Source: Adineta vaga (Eukaryota > Animalia > Rotifera). From it: a stretch of 64,000 bases of DNA. The position numbers and the translations under genes were made by a program. The stretch covers positions 9,114,001 to 9,178,000 of the forward strand of contig CP075493.1 of NCBI GenBank assembly GCA_021613535.1. The letters are read 5' to 3'. The notes below the pieces were generated by a model. That model searched no databases, was not told the origin of the DNA, and saw nothing but the letters and a program-made list of their open reading frames with translations. This document shows positions 43,262-56,337 of the stretch, in pieces (position 1 is the first letter of the stretch; every line of letters starts with the position of its first letter).

Positions 43262-44280
43262 ATGTCATCTGCCTCAAAACGAAAAACATGTTCGATAGCC
43301 AGTGACTGTAAACAAACGGCTGCTACTAATTGCGAAGGCTGTTCACAAGCATTTTGTACTAAACATTTTATTGATCATCGTCGTTTACTTACTGAAGATA
43401 TGGATGCAATCATTAGTGAACATAATCATTTCCAAGCGTTAGTCAATGAACAATCTGTCGAAGTTGATTTGCATCCATTGACTCAAACCATTAATGATTG
43501 GGAACAAAAGTCCATTAAAACGATTCAAAACAAAGCTAGCGATCTTCGACAAGAATTATTACAATTAATAACAACACGTAGGAATGATCTTACAAGCAAA
43601 CTTCGACAATTAGCTGTTTATCTGACGGAAAGTCGAGAAAGTGATAATTTTCTTGAAATAGACCTTGAACAATGGAAATATAAGCTTGAAGATTTAAAAA
43701 CAAAATTTGAGTCTTCATCAATTTATACTTTTGATCGGCATGATAATGTTCCATTAGTTCCAAATACTTCGATTAGTCTAACCATCGAAAATGAATTATT
43801 TGAACAGATCTTTGATAGTACTGCAAAGATCTTCGAAAATGGACAAGTCATCAGTCATGATATATCATATAGTTATGTAGAAATTCGTGGAAGAAATCAA
43901 TACACTTCAGGTTGTCATACGATTCGTCTACGTATCGAACAATCTGAAGAGAGATGGATGTTTCTTGGAATTAATTCAAAATCGGAACTTCTACAAAAAC
44001 AATCATTTAATTCAAAATCAGCTTATGGATGGACTAACAATAATTATTTTTGGTTAAATGGAGAATGTCAACCAAACAGTCGAACCCTCGTATTGAAATG
44101 AAAATTAATGATGTCATTCGTTTAGTCTTTGATTGTGATCAACAAAAAATCTCGATGATTAATGAACGTACGAATGCCAAATACGATCTGTTTGTGAATA
44201 TCAATCATTGTCCATTTCCATGGCAATTGCACGTTAATCTTTACGAAGCAAATAGTCATGTACGCATTCTATCAGCTTAA
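43262..44280 (+). pseudogene. B-box/CC/SPRY-like copy 2, single-base frameshift near 44075
   Basis: ORF 43262-44101 aligns with copy 1 to WLNGECQP. The rest (QSNPRIEMKINDVIRLVFDC..CPFPWQLHVNLY) is in another frame ending 44280. Confidence 0.75.
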
Positions 44281-44811
44281 ATCACATGACGAAACTGAAA
44301 TGAACTTTGAGAATTCCTATTTTGTTTTGTGTAACACTACTTATTGATAATGAAAGCAATTGGTGATTATAATACAATTCATAAAAACAACTAGTTTGTT
44401 CAGTTTATGTCATCGCAGCTGACATACATGATATTGCTACTCTGGTTGCTGACTATTGCCATCGTTAAATATAATGTAATAAAAATTCCTTATTCCACCG
44501 ACATCTAACGTCAACTTTGGAGTTTAATTTGAAGATATTTCTTTAACTTTTACTTCTTATTAAGAACTCTTTGCTACAAATTACTATCTTTCATACGAGG
44601 ATAAATAACAATGACAATCACTGATTAAATATGAATGATCATAGTCTCAAATAAACTTTCGCAAGACTTCTAATCAGACTTTTTTACATGAAACTGTCTT
44701 GTAAATATAAAGGTGTGACTCATGTGTATGTTATTTTTTTTCTTGTTTTGGGAAAAAAAGAACACTAGCTTTTGAATACAATCATTAGCTTTAGGTTTAC
44801 ACTACAAACAT

Positions 44812-45803
44812 ATGACCTCACGAAAGCTTTGCTCAAATACTAATAGTTGTAAACAACCAGCTGCTACTAACTGTGAAGGTTGTTCGCAAGCACTTTGCAC
44901 TAAACATTTCATCGAACATCGTCAGTTACTCACGGAACAATTGGATATCATTATTGGAGAACGTGATCAATTTCAAGAAACACTTAATCAAAGCACTATT
45001 AATTCAAAAATACATCCATTTATACAGCAAATTGATGATTGGGAAAACAAATCCATCGCTAAAATTCGAGAAAAAGCAGAAAATCTGCGATCGGAGTTAT
45101 TTCAGTTCACTACTGTTCATATCGATCACCTTTCGAAGAAGTTGCAAGACCTTTCTAAAAAGCTGCGCGAAGCTAAAGAACATGAAAGTTTTGTTGAAAC
45201 TGATCTATGTAATTGGAACGAATCAGTCAATGTATTACGAAACGAACTCACTTTGTCATCAGCATTTAGAATTAGTCAATGCGATACAAATCCATTCATT
45301 CAGAATATCTCTATTAAAACGAACGCAGTTCAAGAAATATTCGAGCGTACATTTGACAATTCAGTGAAAACTGAAGAAAATGGACAGGTCGCTATTCACA
45401 ATTCACAGAGAAGTTATACAGAAATCCGTGGAAAACTGGAATACACGCTGAATCGACACACAATTCGTCTGCATATTGAATATTTGTCTAATAACTGGGC
45501 ATTTTTCGGAGTAACATCCAAATCAACACCTCTACAAAATCATTCATACCGGTCCGGATCAACTTATGATCGAATGGAGAACATCAGCCGAATAGGATCA
45601 GCGCTAGCATAGAGATGAAAACAAATGACATAATATGTTTGATCTTGGATTGCGATCAACACAAAATCTTTATGATTAATGAACAAACTAACACTAGACA
45701 CGAGTTACCGGTAAACATTCGTCATTGTCCTTTTCCATGACATCTTCATGTCATTCTGTATGAGCCCAATTATCGTTTGCGTATTTTGCCATCAAGACAA
45801 TAA
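44812..45803 (+). pseudogene. B-box/CC/SPRY-like copy 3, ~25-bp deletion frameshift plus in-frame nonsense codon
   Basis: Between Y and NGE there are 5 nt (gatcg, 45568-45572) versus 30 nt in copy 2. The downstream frame reads CPFP-TGA-HLHV (45738-45740) where copy 2 has W. The ancestral stop is at 45801-45803. Confidence 0.82.
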
Positions 45804-46761
45804 GCACTTTCTCTGCTTATTAACATGTCTGTTTGTAAATGCGAATGACTTTACGATCCTCAAGAGTTTTCATTTTAACAGCTTTGTAATATGAGAATAT
45901 TATTTTCAATTTTTTTAGTAGTTACAAACAAGAAACACCCTCACGATTTTTTCCATAAATTTTGACGTTGAGTTATCTCATCGGCAGTTCATGCTTCTTA
46001 ATAGATGTCTATAAATGTATTTTTGTGCCTTTATATCAGTGAAGAGTTTCATTTCCGGCGGTTTGAATCGTTATTTCCCTTCAAAAATCATGAGTTCTCA
46101 TAACTAGAATTTCAAAGAAGTATATTTTTCTAACTTTTTCTGCCAACTAATCTTCCTATTGTTCTTATAGTATCAATTAATCTAATTTCGACAGAAAAAA
46201 CCTGTATACCTCTTTGTTTCTATAATACAGCTCGGATCGTGAAATTATCCCATATTAATGCAGTTTGGATCGTGAAATTATGCCCAATTGACAACGAAAT
46301 GATCTGTGAGTGATTGTTCTGTCGGTGAGTATAGCATATCAGCTCGTGAGTTGAACTAATCAATCAGATCTTGAATGCGGTATAAGTCATAGATATAGGC
46401 GACATCTATTCATCATATCTCAAGTGTAATATCAACACAAAAGTGCATTGACTTTTCCTTTGTTAAATTTTCGAAAGTGAGTGATATGATCTTATCACTT
46501 TTTCATCGTTAAACGAGACAAAAAGTCTCATCAATTATTTTTATTGGTTCAAACCAAAATGCACGGACGGTAACGACGATGATAAATCTGTATAATATAA
46601 ACTGTTGAGTCATGTTTTTTTTTGTTAGTTTTTTCTCCGTAACTTCTCTTTGTCGTACGCAATCAATCGTTCGATTGTCTTTAATAACATATGAGATGTA
46701 ATATCTTGTAAAAATTCAGTTTTTTATACTTATTCATTCTAGATGACTTGGCACCAACGAC

Positions 46762-49700
46762 ATGACTTTGCAATGGAAACGTCATCATAATACTGAAACC
46801 ATAGACGACGATATAAGCGTCGAACTAGCAGTAAGAATTTGTTGTCTGACAACGTCCTTGAGAGTTTTATAGCAAAAGATATCTCAAAAAAATAAATTTG
46901 TCAAATCTGATAATTTCATACATGACAAGAAAAGAACTAAAGATGATGACAGCAGCCGTAGGTCTTCTTTCCTTCGTAAGATCGAAGAATATGTATGGAG
47001 GTTATTATTGTGTTTTCTTTTATTTCCTCTAGTCTTACAAGACACATGTAGATCGTTAGATAGAAGAAATGAAGGAGAAGAAGAAGAAGTAGACAGCCGC
47101 TCGACGGTAATAAAATCATCTTCGATATTGATTCAGTTGCACATCGCAAGAAGATGAGAGCAGAAGAAGAGGTGGAAAGATCTTTCTTGATACAGATATC
47201 TTCTATTTAGCTTTATTTTCTTTTTACTTTCAAAATAGGTTCTTCGACAACATTGGAAACAAATTTTACAAATCTTTCAAAAAGCATTAGTCGATCAAGA
47301 TGATATCAGTTGTGTTCTATCACATTTTCAACATGCAGTCACATTACTTACCGATGAAGTGGCTAGTCAAGATGAACCCGGACCAATTCTATTATATTTT
47401 GTAAATGAAGCTATACTTGATACATTCTTTGTTTGGTCACTCAGTTGTCCCGAATATGCAGCTGATCTAAAATATCATCAATTGCGTTGTTTCGAATTTC
47501 TTCTTAGTCGAACGCAACAAGAACTTCTCTTCCATAAGCAAATTGTAAGTTGAAATAGAAATGAGATTCTTATTTTGTAAATTAAATCATCGATATTCTA
47601 GTTTAAACCATTGCTCAATCTTCTCCGATCATGTGAATCTTCATCCTCATTAGATCTCATTGAGAAACATATGATTGTTGTGCTCAATCAAGTAAGTTTG
47701 ATTTCTATTTCTACGCGATTTCTATATCTGATCATCATGATAAATAGGTATGTGTCAGTATAACAAAAACTCCGGAATTATTGGAATTCTGTTTCGATAT
47801 CAGTGCTGAACATGGACCATCTCGATTTATTATTTTTTCTCTTCTAATCCCATTTGTTCATCGTGATGGACTTGCTGGTAAGAACACTTGTTTTATAGCT
47901 TCATTTGAAAATTCCTCTGAGATCATTCGTCAAATGTGATTGAAAAAACAAATATACATATATTTAGACATACCATCTCCACAGGGTATAACAACAGGTG
48001 GGAAAAAAAGGTTTTTTTATATGAAAGAAAAATGAAGTTTTGTTTTTCGAAAATGATTACTGCATGTTTCATTTATTATGAGAGACGTTTTGTGATTGAA
48101 TAGTGTTGACATGATCATCTATTTTCTTCTTTCTTAATCGATACATTTCAAACTTATTTAGGTCAACAAGCTCGCGATGCTCTTTTACTTATCATGCAGT
48201 TATCAAATCGAAATGCACATATTGCACGACATATTGTAGAAAATACGAACTTTTGTCCAGTAAGATAACACAAAAAAAAAGAAAAAGAAATATTTTAAAG
48301 TAAAACTGAATTGATTACGTTCTAGATTCTAGCAACTGGTTTAAGTGCATTGTATTCTGATTTACCACATCATTTAGCAACAAATAATGACGAATGGTTT
48401 ATCTTAACAAAAAAAGAATGGTCAGAATGTCCTGCTCTAGTTCAATTCATGAATTCACTTCAATTTTCAAATGATGTTATTCAAGTATGTTCTTTTCAAT
48501 ATTTGTTCATTTCTCATCATACAATATCTTAGATTGCACATCCAACAATTGGTCATCATTTATTGCAATATATTTATCATGGATTTCTTGTGCCAGTTCT
48601 TGGTCCAAGTATTCATCAAGTATGTTAATAAGAAAGAAGAATTTCTTTTGACAGCATATCAAACGCTTAAAAGAATTTCACAATAATAAATATAAACGCA
48701 TCATATATGCGAGTGTATGTGAGCAAATTTCTTCTTTCATAGGATCTTCACGAAATACCATTGAAATTTTCTGATTTACAACACTTTTCGGTAAACAATC
48801 AGGGATATCTGTTTGATATGAAAAAAAAGAAAACAAATTTAATCCTCAGAATATTTTATTTTATTTTATTTTACTTTTTTTTTGCTGCTTCACGTTTATA
48901 TTATAATTTGCACGATATGCTATTGCATGCTCTTTTTTTCCTCCGAATAAGCATGATCAGTAGATTTTTTTTTAGTTTTCTTTTCTTTTGCATGAATATG
49001 AACTTATGGATTGTTTTCTATAGAATACTATGGATGAAGTGATTGCAGCAACTGCTTATTTGGATTTATTTCTACGTACAATTCATGAACCAGCTTTGTT
49101 AAAAGTCTTTTTAAAATTTATTCTTTGTGCAAGAATTGATGAAATGAGTTTATTGGATACGTTGATACAAAGAATCAACTTTAATACAAAAGTAAATTTT
49201 TGACATCGAATGTCTTCTTTTAGTTTTACAAAAGAGAAATTTTCCTTTCTATTAGCTTGGATTGGTGTCGTTGGGTTTATTTTATACATTAATTAATCTC
49301 AATTGTGAAGATATTATGTACCGTCTCATATTTATGTATGACGAAGAAAAAAAAATCAAATTGTTCAGTTATTAAAGTTTTCTTTTCTGTTATAGGTATC
49401 TCATACCCTGTCGACATGTTATGTGCAGTCAACGACGACATATAACTGATGTAGAAATCTATGGAAAAAATGCAGAAAGATTTCTTTCATTACGACCTTC
49501 GTTTTCCAAAGATAGGTAATGTAAACAAAGAAAAGTCGATCAAGTTTTCAATGATATAGATTCTCTTGAGGGAAGAAAACGAGATCCCTTTATTCCTCTC
49601 TTATTAGCTCATTTATCGACAGTTAGATGCTTCTGATAATCGAATGTGTACTTTTGCATATGATTAGATCATCAATTCATTCTAACGCGATCTTATCTAC

Positions 49701-52646
49701 GATCGATATGTGTATATAAATGAGAAACGATAGACATGACACTGGTTTCCATGAGAATCAATTAATAAAACAGATGGAATATACTCATAAGTTTTCGTTA
49801 ACATCATCCAGATGTTGATGTATACGGTCAAAGTAACAAAATATCAATAGTTGAAGTTATTAGGAAAAGATAATTTCATCATCGACGAATTCCATAGAGA
49901 TTTTACTGATAAAATTTTCTTAATTCAATTGAATACTAGCATGACAAGAAGATAAACATTCGTCTTTTTTTCTAGCAATGAAAATTCACAATCAAAACAA
50001 GTTCGAGTCAGCTTTAATCAAAATGACGATTCTTCCAATGCTATGGAAAGATATGAATCAACATTTGGTGCTTATCTTGAGGTATAAAATGAAAAGTTTT
50101 CTTTTCATATGCCATCATCGTGATTGTTTTCTTTTTATCTCTATAGGATGCACATTTCAGTATAGTTCGTTGTCGTGTTGCTAGTCGTTGCTGGACAGCA
50201 CCATATGATGGTGAAAATCCATCACCAGATACAGTTATTGTTGATGCTGATTTGATTTCAATAGCAAGTAGTCTTTCATCATTAAATATCGATACAAATA
50301 ATTGCAAAAAAGTGGATTTTACTTCAAACAATATTTCGAATCCAAAACAATCAACGAAAAATGTCGCCGCTTCGAATGATTCCGGTATACATGAAGATGG
50401 TTTAGATACTAATTCTCAAACAGAAATTACACCTATAATAACAAAATCAATCGGAGATGATTTTCAATTACCAGCATGGTTAGCTAATGGTGAACCAATA
50501 CCTGATGAACTTCTTGCCAAACGTTCATTGAATTTTCAATCAACTTATCAACATTTTGATCACAACAATACTGACGACGATGATGAGGATAATGATATTG
50601 ATCCATATCAACCATCTTCTTTTTATGGATTTTCATTCATTGATTTATCAAGTGCAGAAGATACATGGTCAATACGTTCATCGAATGCACCATCGATTGA
50701 CAATGCAGGTATTCGAGATGAAATCAAAACATGTGTTGAAACATTAAATACATGTTTAAATCAATTTCGTGAAATGAATGAACAAATAAATAATCAAGAA
50801 ATTGAAGAAGAAATTGATGAAAATGTGCAGATATTATTAAATGAAATGATTGATGAAATTGAAAAGTCTTTAGCAAAACATGAAATTTTCAATACACAAG
50901 ATTTATTAACAATAAATCCTGTTCTATTAGATTATAATTTATTAAATGAATTATTTTCGAAAAAATTAACATTAAATGAATATTTATCCGTACTAGATCG
51001 TCTGATTGATAATAATATATTAAAACTTTCATCAAGAACAGGTGAAGAATTAACAAACGAAATTACTCAACTTGCTGATGAAATTGATCATTATCGAACA
51101 AAAATTTCAACAGATAATAATAATGAAATGGAACAAAGTTTATTAACAATCAATTTAGATAATCAATATCATCAGCAATTATTAACAAATACACAGTCGA
51201 ATTATTCAGTTATTTCATTTTTACAACAGTCAACATCAATGGATATATCACTTTTAGCAACGAATGACTATTCAAGTCAAATGCAATCAGCACTCTTTAC
51301 ATCAACTTTTCAACAACAACAACAACAACAATCAACAACAGGAGCATCTGCTAAAATGGCTGATGTTGGTATGTATTAATCATTGTATACCTTTCGATTA
51401 GGTTTTTATATTTGGATATAGATGAAAAGAAGACAATGATTGAAAATGACTTGTAGTTTTATGCAAAACATATAAGATAGAGAATGACATGCTTAAGAGG
51501 AATTCATAGAATCTTTTAGAGATACTCAAGACTAGAAGAGAATCAATTTTGATTAAATCATTTTATTTTCAGGTCCATTCCTACGCACAATCTTTTCAAA
51601 ACTCGAAAATATGTTACAAAATTCTTTACATGTTAATCTTTTATTAACTGGTATTATTGCTCGATTAGCTCATTATTCTCAACCATTATTACGCTCTTTA
51701 TTACTTAATCATAGTCTCGTACTTGAAACCAATGTAAAATCACTTTTTCAGGTAAGTTTTCTTTGAAAATCAAATTCTATTTCTCTCTCTCTCTCTTCTC
51801 ATAGATTCTCTCAAATCTCAAATCAAAACTTGAAACTATTTCACAAACATTCAATGATTTTAATTATCTCGTAGAATTAGCACATGATACTCTATATCAA
51901 CGCGAAAGTACTGCAAAAGTATGAAATTATGATTTTATTCGTCGATATAGTCTTTTACTTTTGCCGTTGTTTATTTATAGGAATTCGATGAAATGCAACG
52001 ACGAGCACGTTCACCTTCTCGGACACGATCAAAATCGATTGATCCTGACAAAGGTATGTAGAGAGAAGATCTTTTCAAATTTTTCACTTTAATTTTTTTC
52101 GACACAGATGAAGAACGAGTTTTTATCGAGACACGACAATCACCTATAAAAGGTTCATTGCATGACGTTCTTTTTTTCTTTTTTTATCGCATGTTTGAAA
52201 TAGAGAACATTTCGTAGCAAAAATCGAACTCTTTCTATTTTTTTCTTTTTTTGATTCATTTAGAACGTTCATCCAAGCGAAGTCGAATATTAGATTTTTT
52301 TCGTGGTCGAGGTCGACCAACGGAACGTGCTGATGCCAATTTCAATGGACGTGATCAATCGCATCTTTCATTCATCGATAAAACATCTATGAAGTACGCT
52401 TATCTCGCTAACGTACAAAAAATATCTAAATTTTTCTCGTTTAGATTTATTAATATTCGTGAACATAATCAACCAATGCCAATCAATGAATGGGATGATC
52501 CAAAAACTCGTAATATAGCTTATTGTGCTGTTATCTTTAACGAATTTCTCAAAGAACTTGCTGCAATCACATTAGAACATAGTGTTCAACAATTCGACGA
52601 TGATCAAATCTTTGATGATATATCACCAATCTCCTTAATGCTTTAA
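46762..52646 (+). CDS. FHIP1: FTS- and Hook-interacting protein FHIP1/FAM160A homolog, multi-exon
   Basis: VLRQHWKQILQI, GPILLYFVNE, FSLLIPFVHRDG..GQQARDALL, NFCPILATGLSALYSDLP, YIYHGFLVPVLGPSI, EVIAATAYLDLFLR, GPFLRTIFSKLENMLQNSLHVNLLLTG, NIAYCAVIFNEFLKELAAITLEH. Confidence 0.92.
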
Positions 52647-53563
52647 AAGAAGATGTATTTTTTCTTCTACTCATTCGAGTTATCATATGGGTTTATTTAT
52701 TTTTCTATCATTCGCAATAAGTTTGCTTGTCTTTGTCTGTTCTGTATCTATCTATCGTTTGCAATCCTATTCTAATCATTTATTGCTTTCTTTTCTTTTA
52801 CAATTAGAAATCTTTTCTTGTTCATTGGTTGGATTTTTACATATTGTGCATATCACTGATGATCGTACGAAATTCACGCACTGCTCTTTCTTTTATATGA
52901 TTGTTGTGTTCTTTAACTTTCCTCGCATTTGTATACATTTATGAAAAGTAACAGAAAAAAAATGAAACATCACAGAATAAAATTGCACAATGTGTGCTTA
53001 GATTTCACGAAAACAAAATTGATTGACAATGATAAGTTACATTGACTTCAATCATCATGTTTATATGCATCATTAAGAACCTTTAGTACCGAGAAAAATT
53101 GATCTATTAAAAGAATAGAACTCGTTTAGAATATTTGTCAATTTGCATCATTACTCAAGCATTTGATCTGCTGTCAAAACTATTGACACATTAGTTTCTC
53201 AGGCTGTCCAATTGGTTGATTTGAAACAAGTCAATATTTTTCTTTTGATGAAATTTTCTACTCCGAAAGAATCATAAGAAGTAAAAAAGTAGAGTATTAC
53301 ACCAGCCGTCATGCTTTTAATAACAGTGCTAATCTCTATAGTATTGCACGTTCTATTTTGACATGATGTTATTTCTTTTCTATAGGATATTCATTAAAAT
53401 CAAACATAAGATTTATTATGAAGAACATGAATCACGTACGAATAAAAGATGTTTGAATGTATTTGAAAAGCATACAGACAACTACTGAGAAATACATACA
53501 GATATAAACGAAAAAAAAAGAAGTTTTTTTAAGTCTTTAGTATTTTGTTTTTCCTGAAAGTTG

Positions 53564-53879
53564 TTATCCTTTGTATGCGCGTTGAAATTCTACAAATAAA
53601 AAACATAATTTGTTTGTTTTTGAACAGAAAATAAAAGATTCATCACCTTCAAATGTAACCATTCCATCATTATCGGCATCAATTGCTGCAAATGCTTTTT
53701 CAATCGATGTTCCATCTTTATTATTTTGTTCATGATACGCACGAAATTCTTTTAATGTAATATATCCATCTTTATCCTAAATGAAAACAAACGATTTCAA
53801 CTTTGGAAATCTTTCGTAATCTTACGCAATCTAAACGATCGAATTCTGATCGTAAATCCGTTGTTTTATCCGATGACAT
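53564..53879 (-). CDS. Small two-EF-hand calcium-binding protein (~70 aa, 3 coding exons; not in the ORF track)
   Basis: MSSDKTTDLRSEFDRLDC|DKDGYITLKEF..AFAAIDADNDGMVTFE|EFQRAYKG*; two canonical DxDxDG..E loops. Confidence 0.82.
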
Positions 53880-55356
53880 GTTATCTAATGATCAAAATAG
53901 AAGAATTACTTTATACGTTAATTTATAATGTTGATAAATAGCAACATAAACTTGTCATGTTTGGACATACCTGTTTGTCTTGAAAATCTGAGAGCTCAAC
54001 TATGTATTACAATCGTCTGATTTTCTTTCTATATATAGTATATGTTCTTTCTCTCAAAATAGAAAAAAGGATTTTCTCTCATTCTCTCTTTTTTTTCTTA
54101 ACAAGGAAATCACAATTGTGTGATGTTGAGCATTAGACATTTACAATATAAATTCAAGTTTCCTTTTTCCTGCATGACATTTAGTTCTTTTTCTTTTATA
54201 CTGCAAACAATAGATTGAGAATACTTCTCTCTCTCTCACTCTCCCTATCTATCTATCTATCTAACTATATATATATATACATATATTATATGCAAATTAG
54301 AGAGTTAAAACAATTATGATAGAATTTTTCTCTTTCTAACTAGTGTGTGTGTCGTAATTGTTATCGAGAGGAAGTCTAACAAACAAATCCCCATGCATGA
54401 CACAAAGGAGATTAAAAACTGATAGCATGTAAATATAAATAGATCAAGAAGTAGAAGATTTTTTTTCCTTGATACCCACGCTAATTATAATGGCATGAAA
54501 AAGTAGTCTTCTCAATTAGATGATCGATTGATTATGATACCCTCGAGCAAAGTTTTTATACTTCAATAATTGGATAAAAACCATAGTACCGGATGTCATT
54601 CACGTTAAGATATTAAATATAGCATGTTCATTTTTGGTAAAAATAAGATAAATGTCACGAAGACAAAGAATAAAATGGAACGGAAACAATATGTTGAACC
54701 AAGAAATCAAGGGATTGAGAACTACTATATTAGGTTTTTGTCGCATGTTAATTATTAGTTGTAGTATATATAATCGGTATATTAATAATGATGAAAAGAA
54801 AATACTTGGCCAATGAAAGTGAATAAGATCGATCAATGTTCCCGGAAATCTATAAAATTCATCTTTTTTTTCTATTTTTTATTTAAAAATAAGTATTTTC
54901 TGTCTGTATCTGGAGGGCAGAAAAACAACAGATCTAATAAAATTAATTTGTCGAATTTGATTCTTTCGTTGTTAAAGTCGGAATCAAGATGTGTTGTATA
55001 CTGTTTTAAACAACAATAGAATGACACTTTTCGTTGCTTTTTATCTTTGAAATGAAACGATTAACTCATATTCTTTTGAAAATCAATCAACGATTCAAAA
55101 TATTAGGATGCATTCATCATTATTTACTAACAAAAGCTATTAATATGAATACATCATGATTACAAAAGTACAAAAATCTTTTCAAACAATATCATTTGAT
55201 TACAATTAACCTGCTATTGTTAAAATACAAAATCTCTGAACCAATCTCTGTGATGTCTTTCAACGATCAAGATTTGAAAATGAATAATCATTTATATGAG
55301 AAGGAAAACTTTTTGCTTCTTGAATTTATTTACACGGCATAATTATAACAAAATAT

Positions 55357-56337
55357 TTATTGAGGATTGATTAAACCAGTGTGTTGTATTCGTCGAAATA
55401 AAAGTACACCTTTCCATTGAATTCTCTTGCGTAATTCAGATAGAATACCTAGACAGACGAATGGAAAGAGTAGTGTAACAAAATAACAGAAATAATCAGC
55501 ATAACCCTGTAGTTGTGCACCATATTCATCGGGTAAACCACAAATATGAGCAAAAATAACAGCATTCAATGGAATGTTAGTGGCTAAATATAAAATACAA
55601 ATGGATAGTAATTGAATTGTCATTTTACGTTGTTTACGCCAAAGATTTATTTGATTTAAACGTCGTTTCTGATAATAGATTCGAATTAAGACCGATATAC
55701 TAGAAACTGTTATAATTATGGTTGGAACAATACTATTAACAACCGGATCCCAAAATCCAAGAACAGGATCATCCAAATAACATGGAAAATTATTACAAAC
55801 AGGTAATGAATAATCGTATGTGTTAACACATGGTGGAAATATAATGACAATTCCATAGAATATGACAATATATACACTTAAGATAAACAACGGCAAATAA
55901 TGAAGTAGAAGACGATTATTTGTTGTTCGAAACAGTTGATTATGAAATATGAGTAGATACCGGTGAATAGAACCCCATGCCATAATAATTGTACATCCAT
56001 TGTACAAGGCAATATCGAAAAATAACCAAGTAAGACAAAAAGCGGGTGTTGATGGTTGAACAATACCTGTTTCTAGGAAAGTAAGATGAAATGGAATATC
56101 AATAAATTCGACAATTAATCCGATAATGAGTAGAATGATAATAATATGATTACTCAATTGTGATCGTAATTTTTTATCGACGAAAAGATGAAAAAGTAAG
56201 AGAAAAGAACAATAAATAGATGGAATAGCTAAGATAAGAAAAAGCCAAAATCGAACTGGACGTGATATAGACATTTGTGCCTCTTGAAAAATAGTATCTA
56301 AATTGTTATTGATCATCATCGTTCTAAAATAAATCAT
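55357..56337 (-). CDS. Rhodopsin-like 7TM receptor (divergent GPCR), intronless
   Basis: Seven hydrophobic segments, IMAWGSIHRYLLIF (DRY-like), WRKQRKMTIQLL in ICL3, NIP in TM6, LFPFVCL in TM7. The start Met could be any of several near 56286-56337. Confidence 0.82.
   Translation of the reverse strand: MIYFRTMMINNNLDTIFQEAQMSISRPVRFWLFLILAIPSIYCSFLLLFHLFVDKKLRSQLSNHIIIILLIIGLIVEFIDIPFHLTFLETGIVQPSTPAFCLTWLFFDIALYNGCTIIMAWGSIHRYLLIFHNQLFRTTNNRLLLHYLPLFILSVYIVIFYGIVIIFPPCVNTYDYSLPVCNNFPCYLDDPVLGFWDPVVNSIVPTIIITVSSISVLIRIYYQKRRLNQINLWRKQRKMTIQLLSICILYLATNIPLNAVIFAHICGLPDEYGAQLQGYADYFCYFVTLLFPFVCLGILSELRKRIQWKGVLLFRRIQHTGLINPQ

Noticed and set aside
44873-45367. 164-aa overlapping ORF inside SPRY copy 3
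   Set aside because: Alternative-frame shadow with no motif, not preserved in copies 1-2.
45738-45740. In-frame TGA at a conserved Trp, suggesting recoding or selenocysteine
   Set aside because: The same copy already has a frameshifting deletion, and TGA is a normal stop in other genes here (e.g. 33723, 38636).
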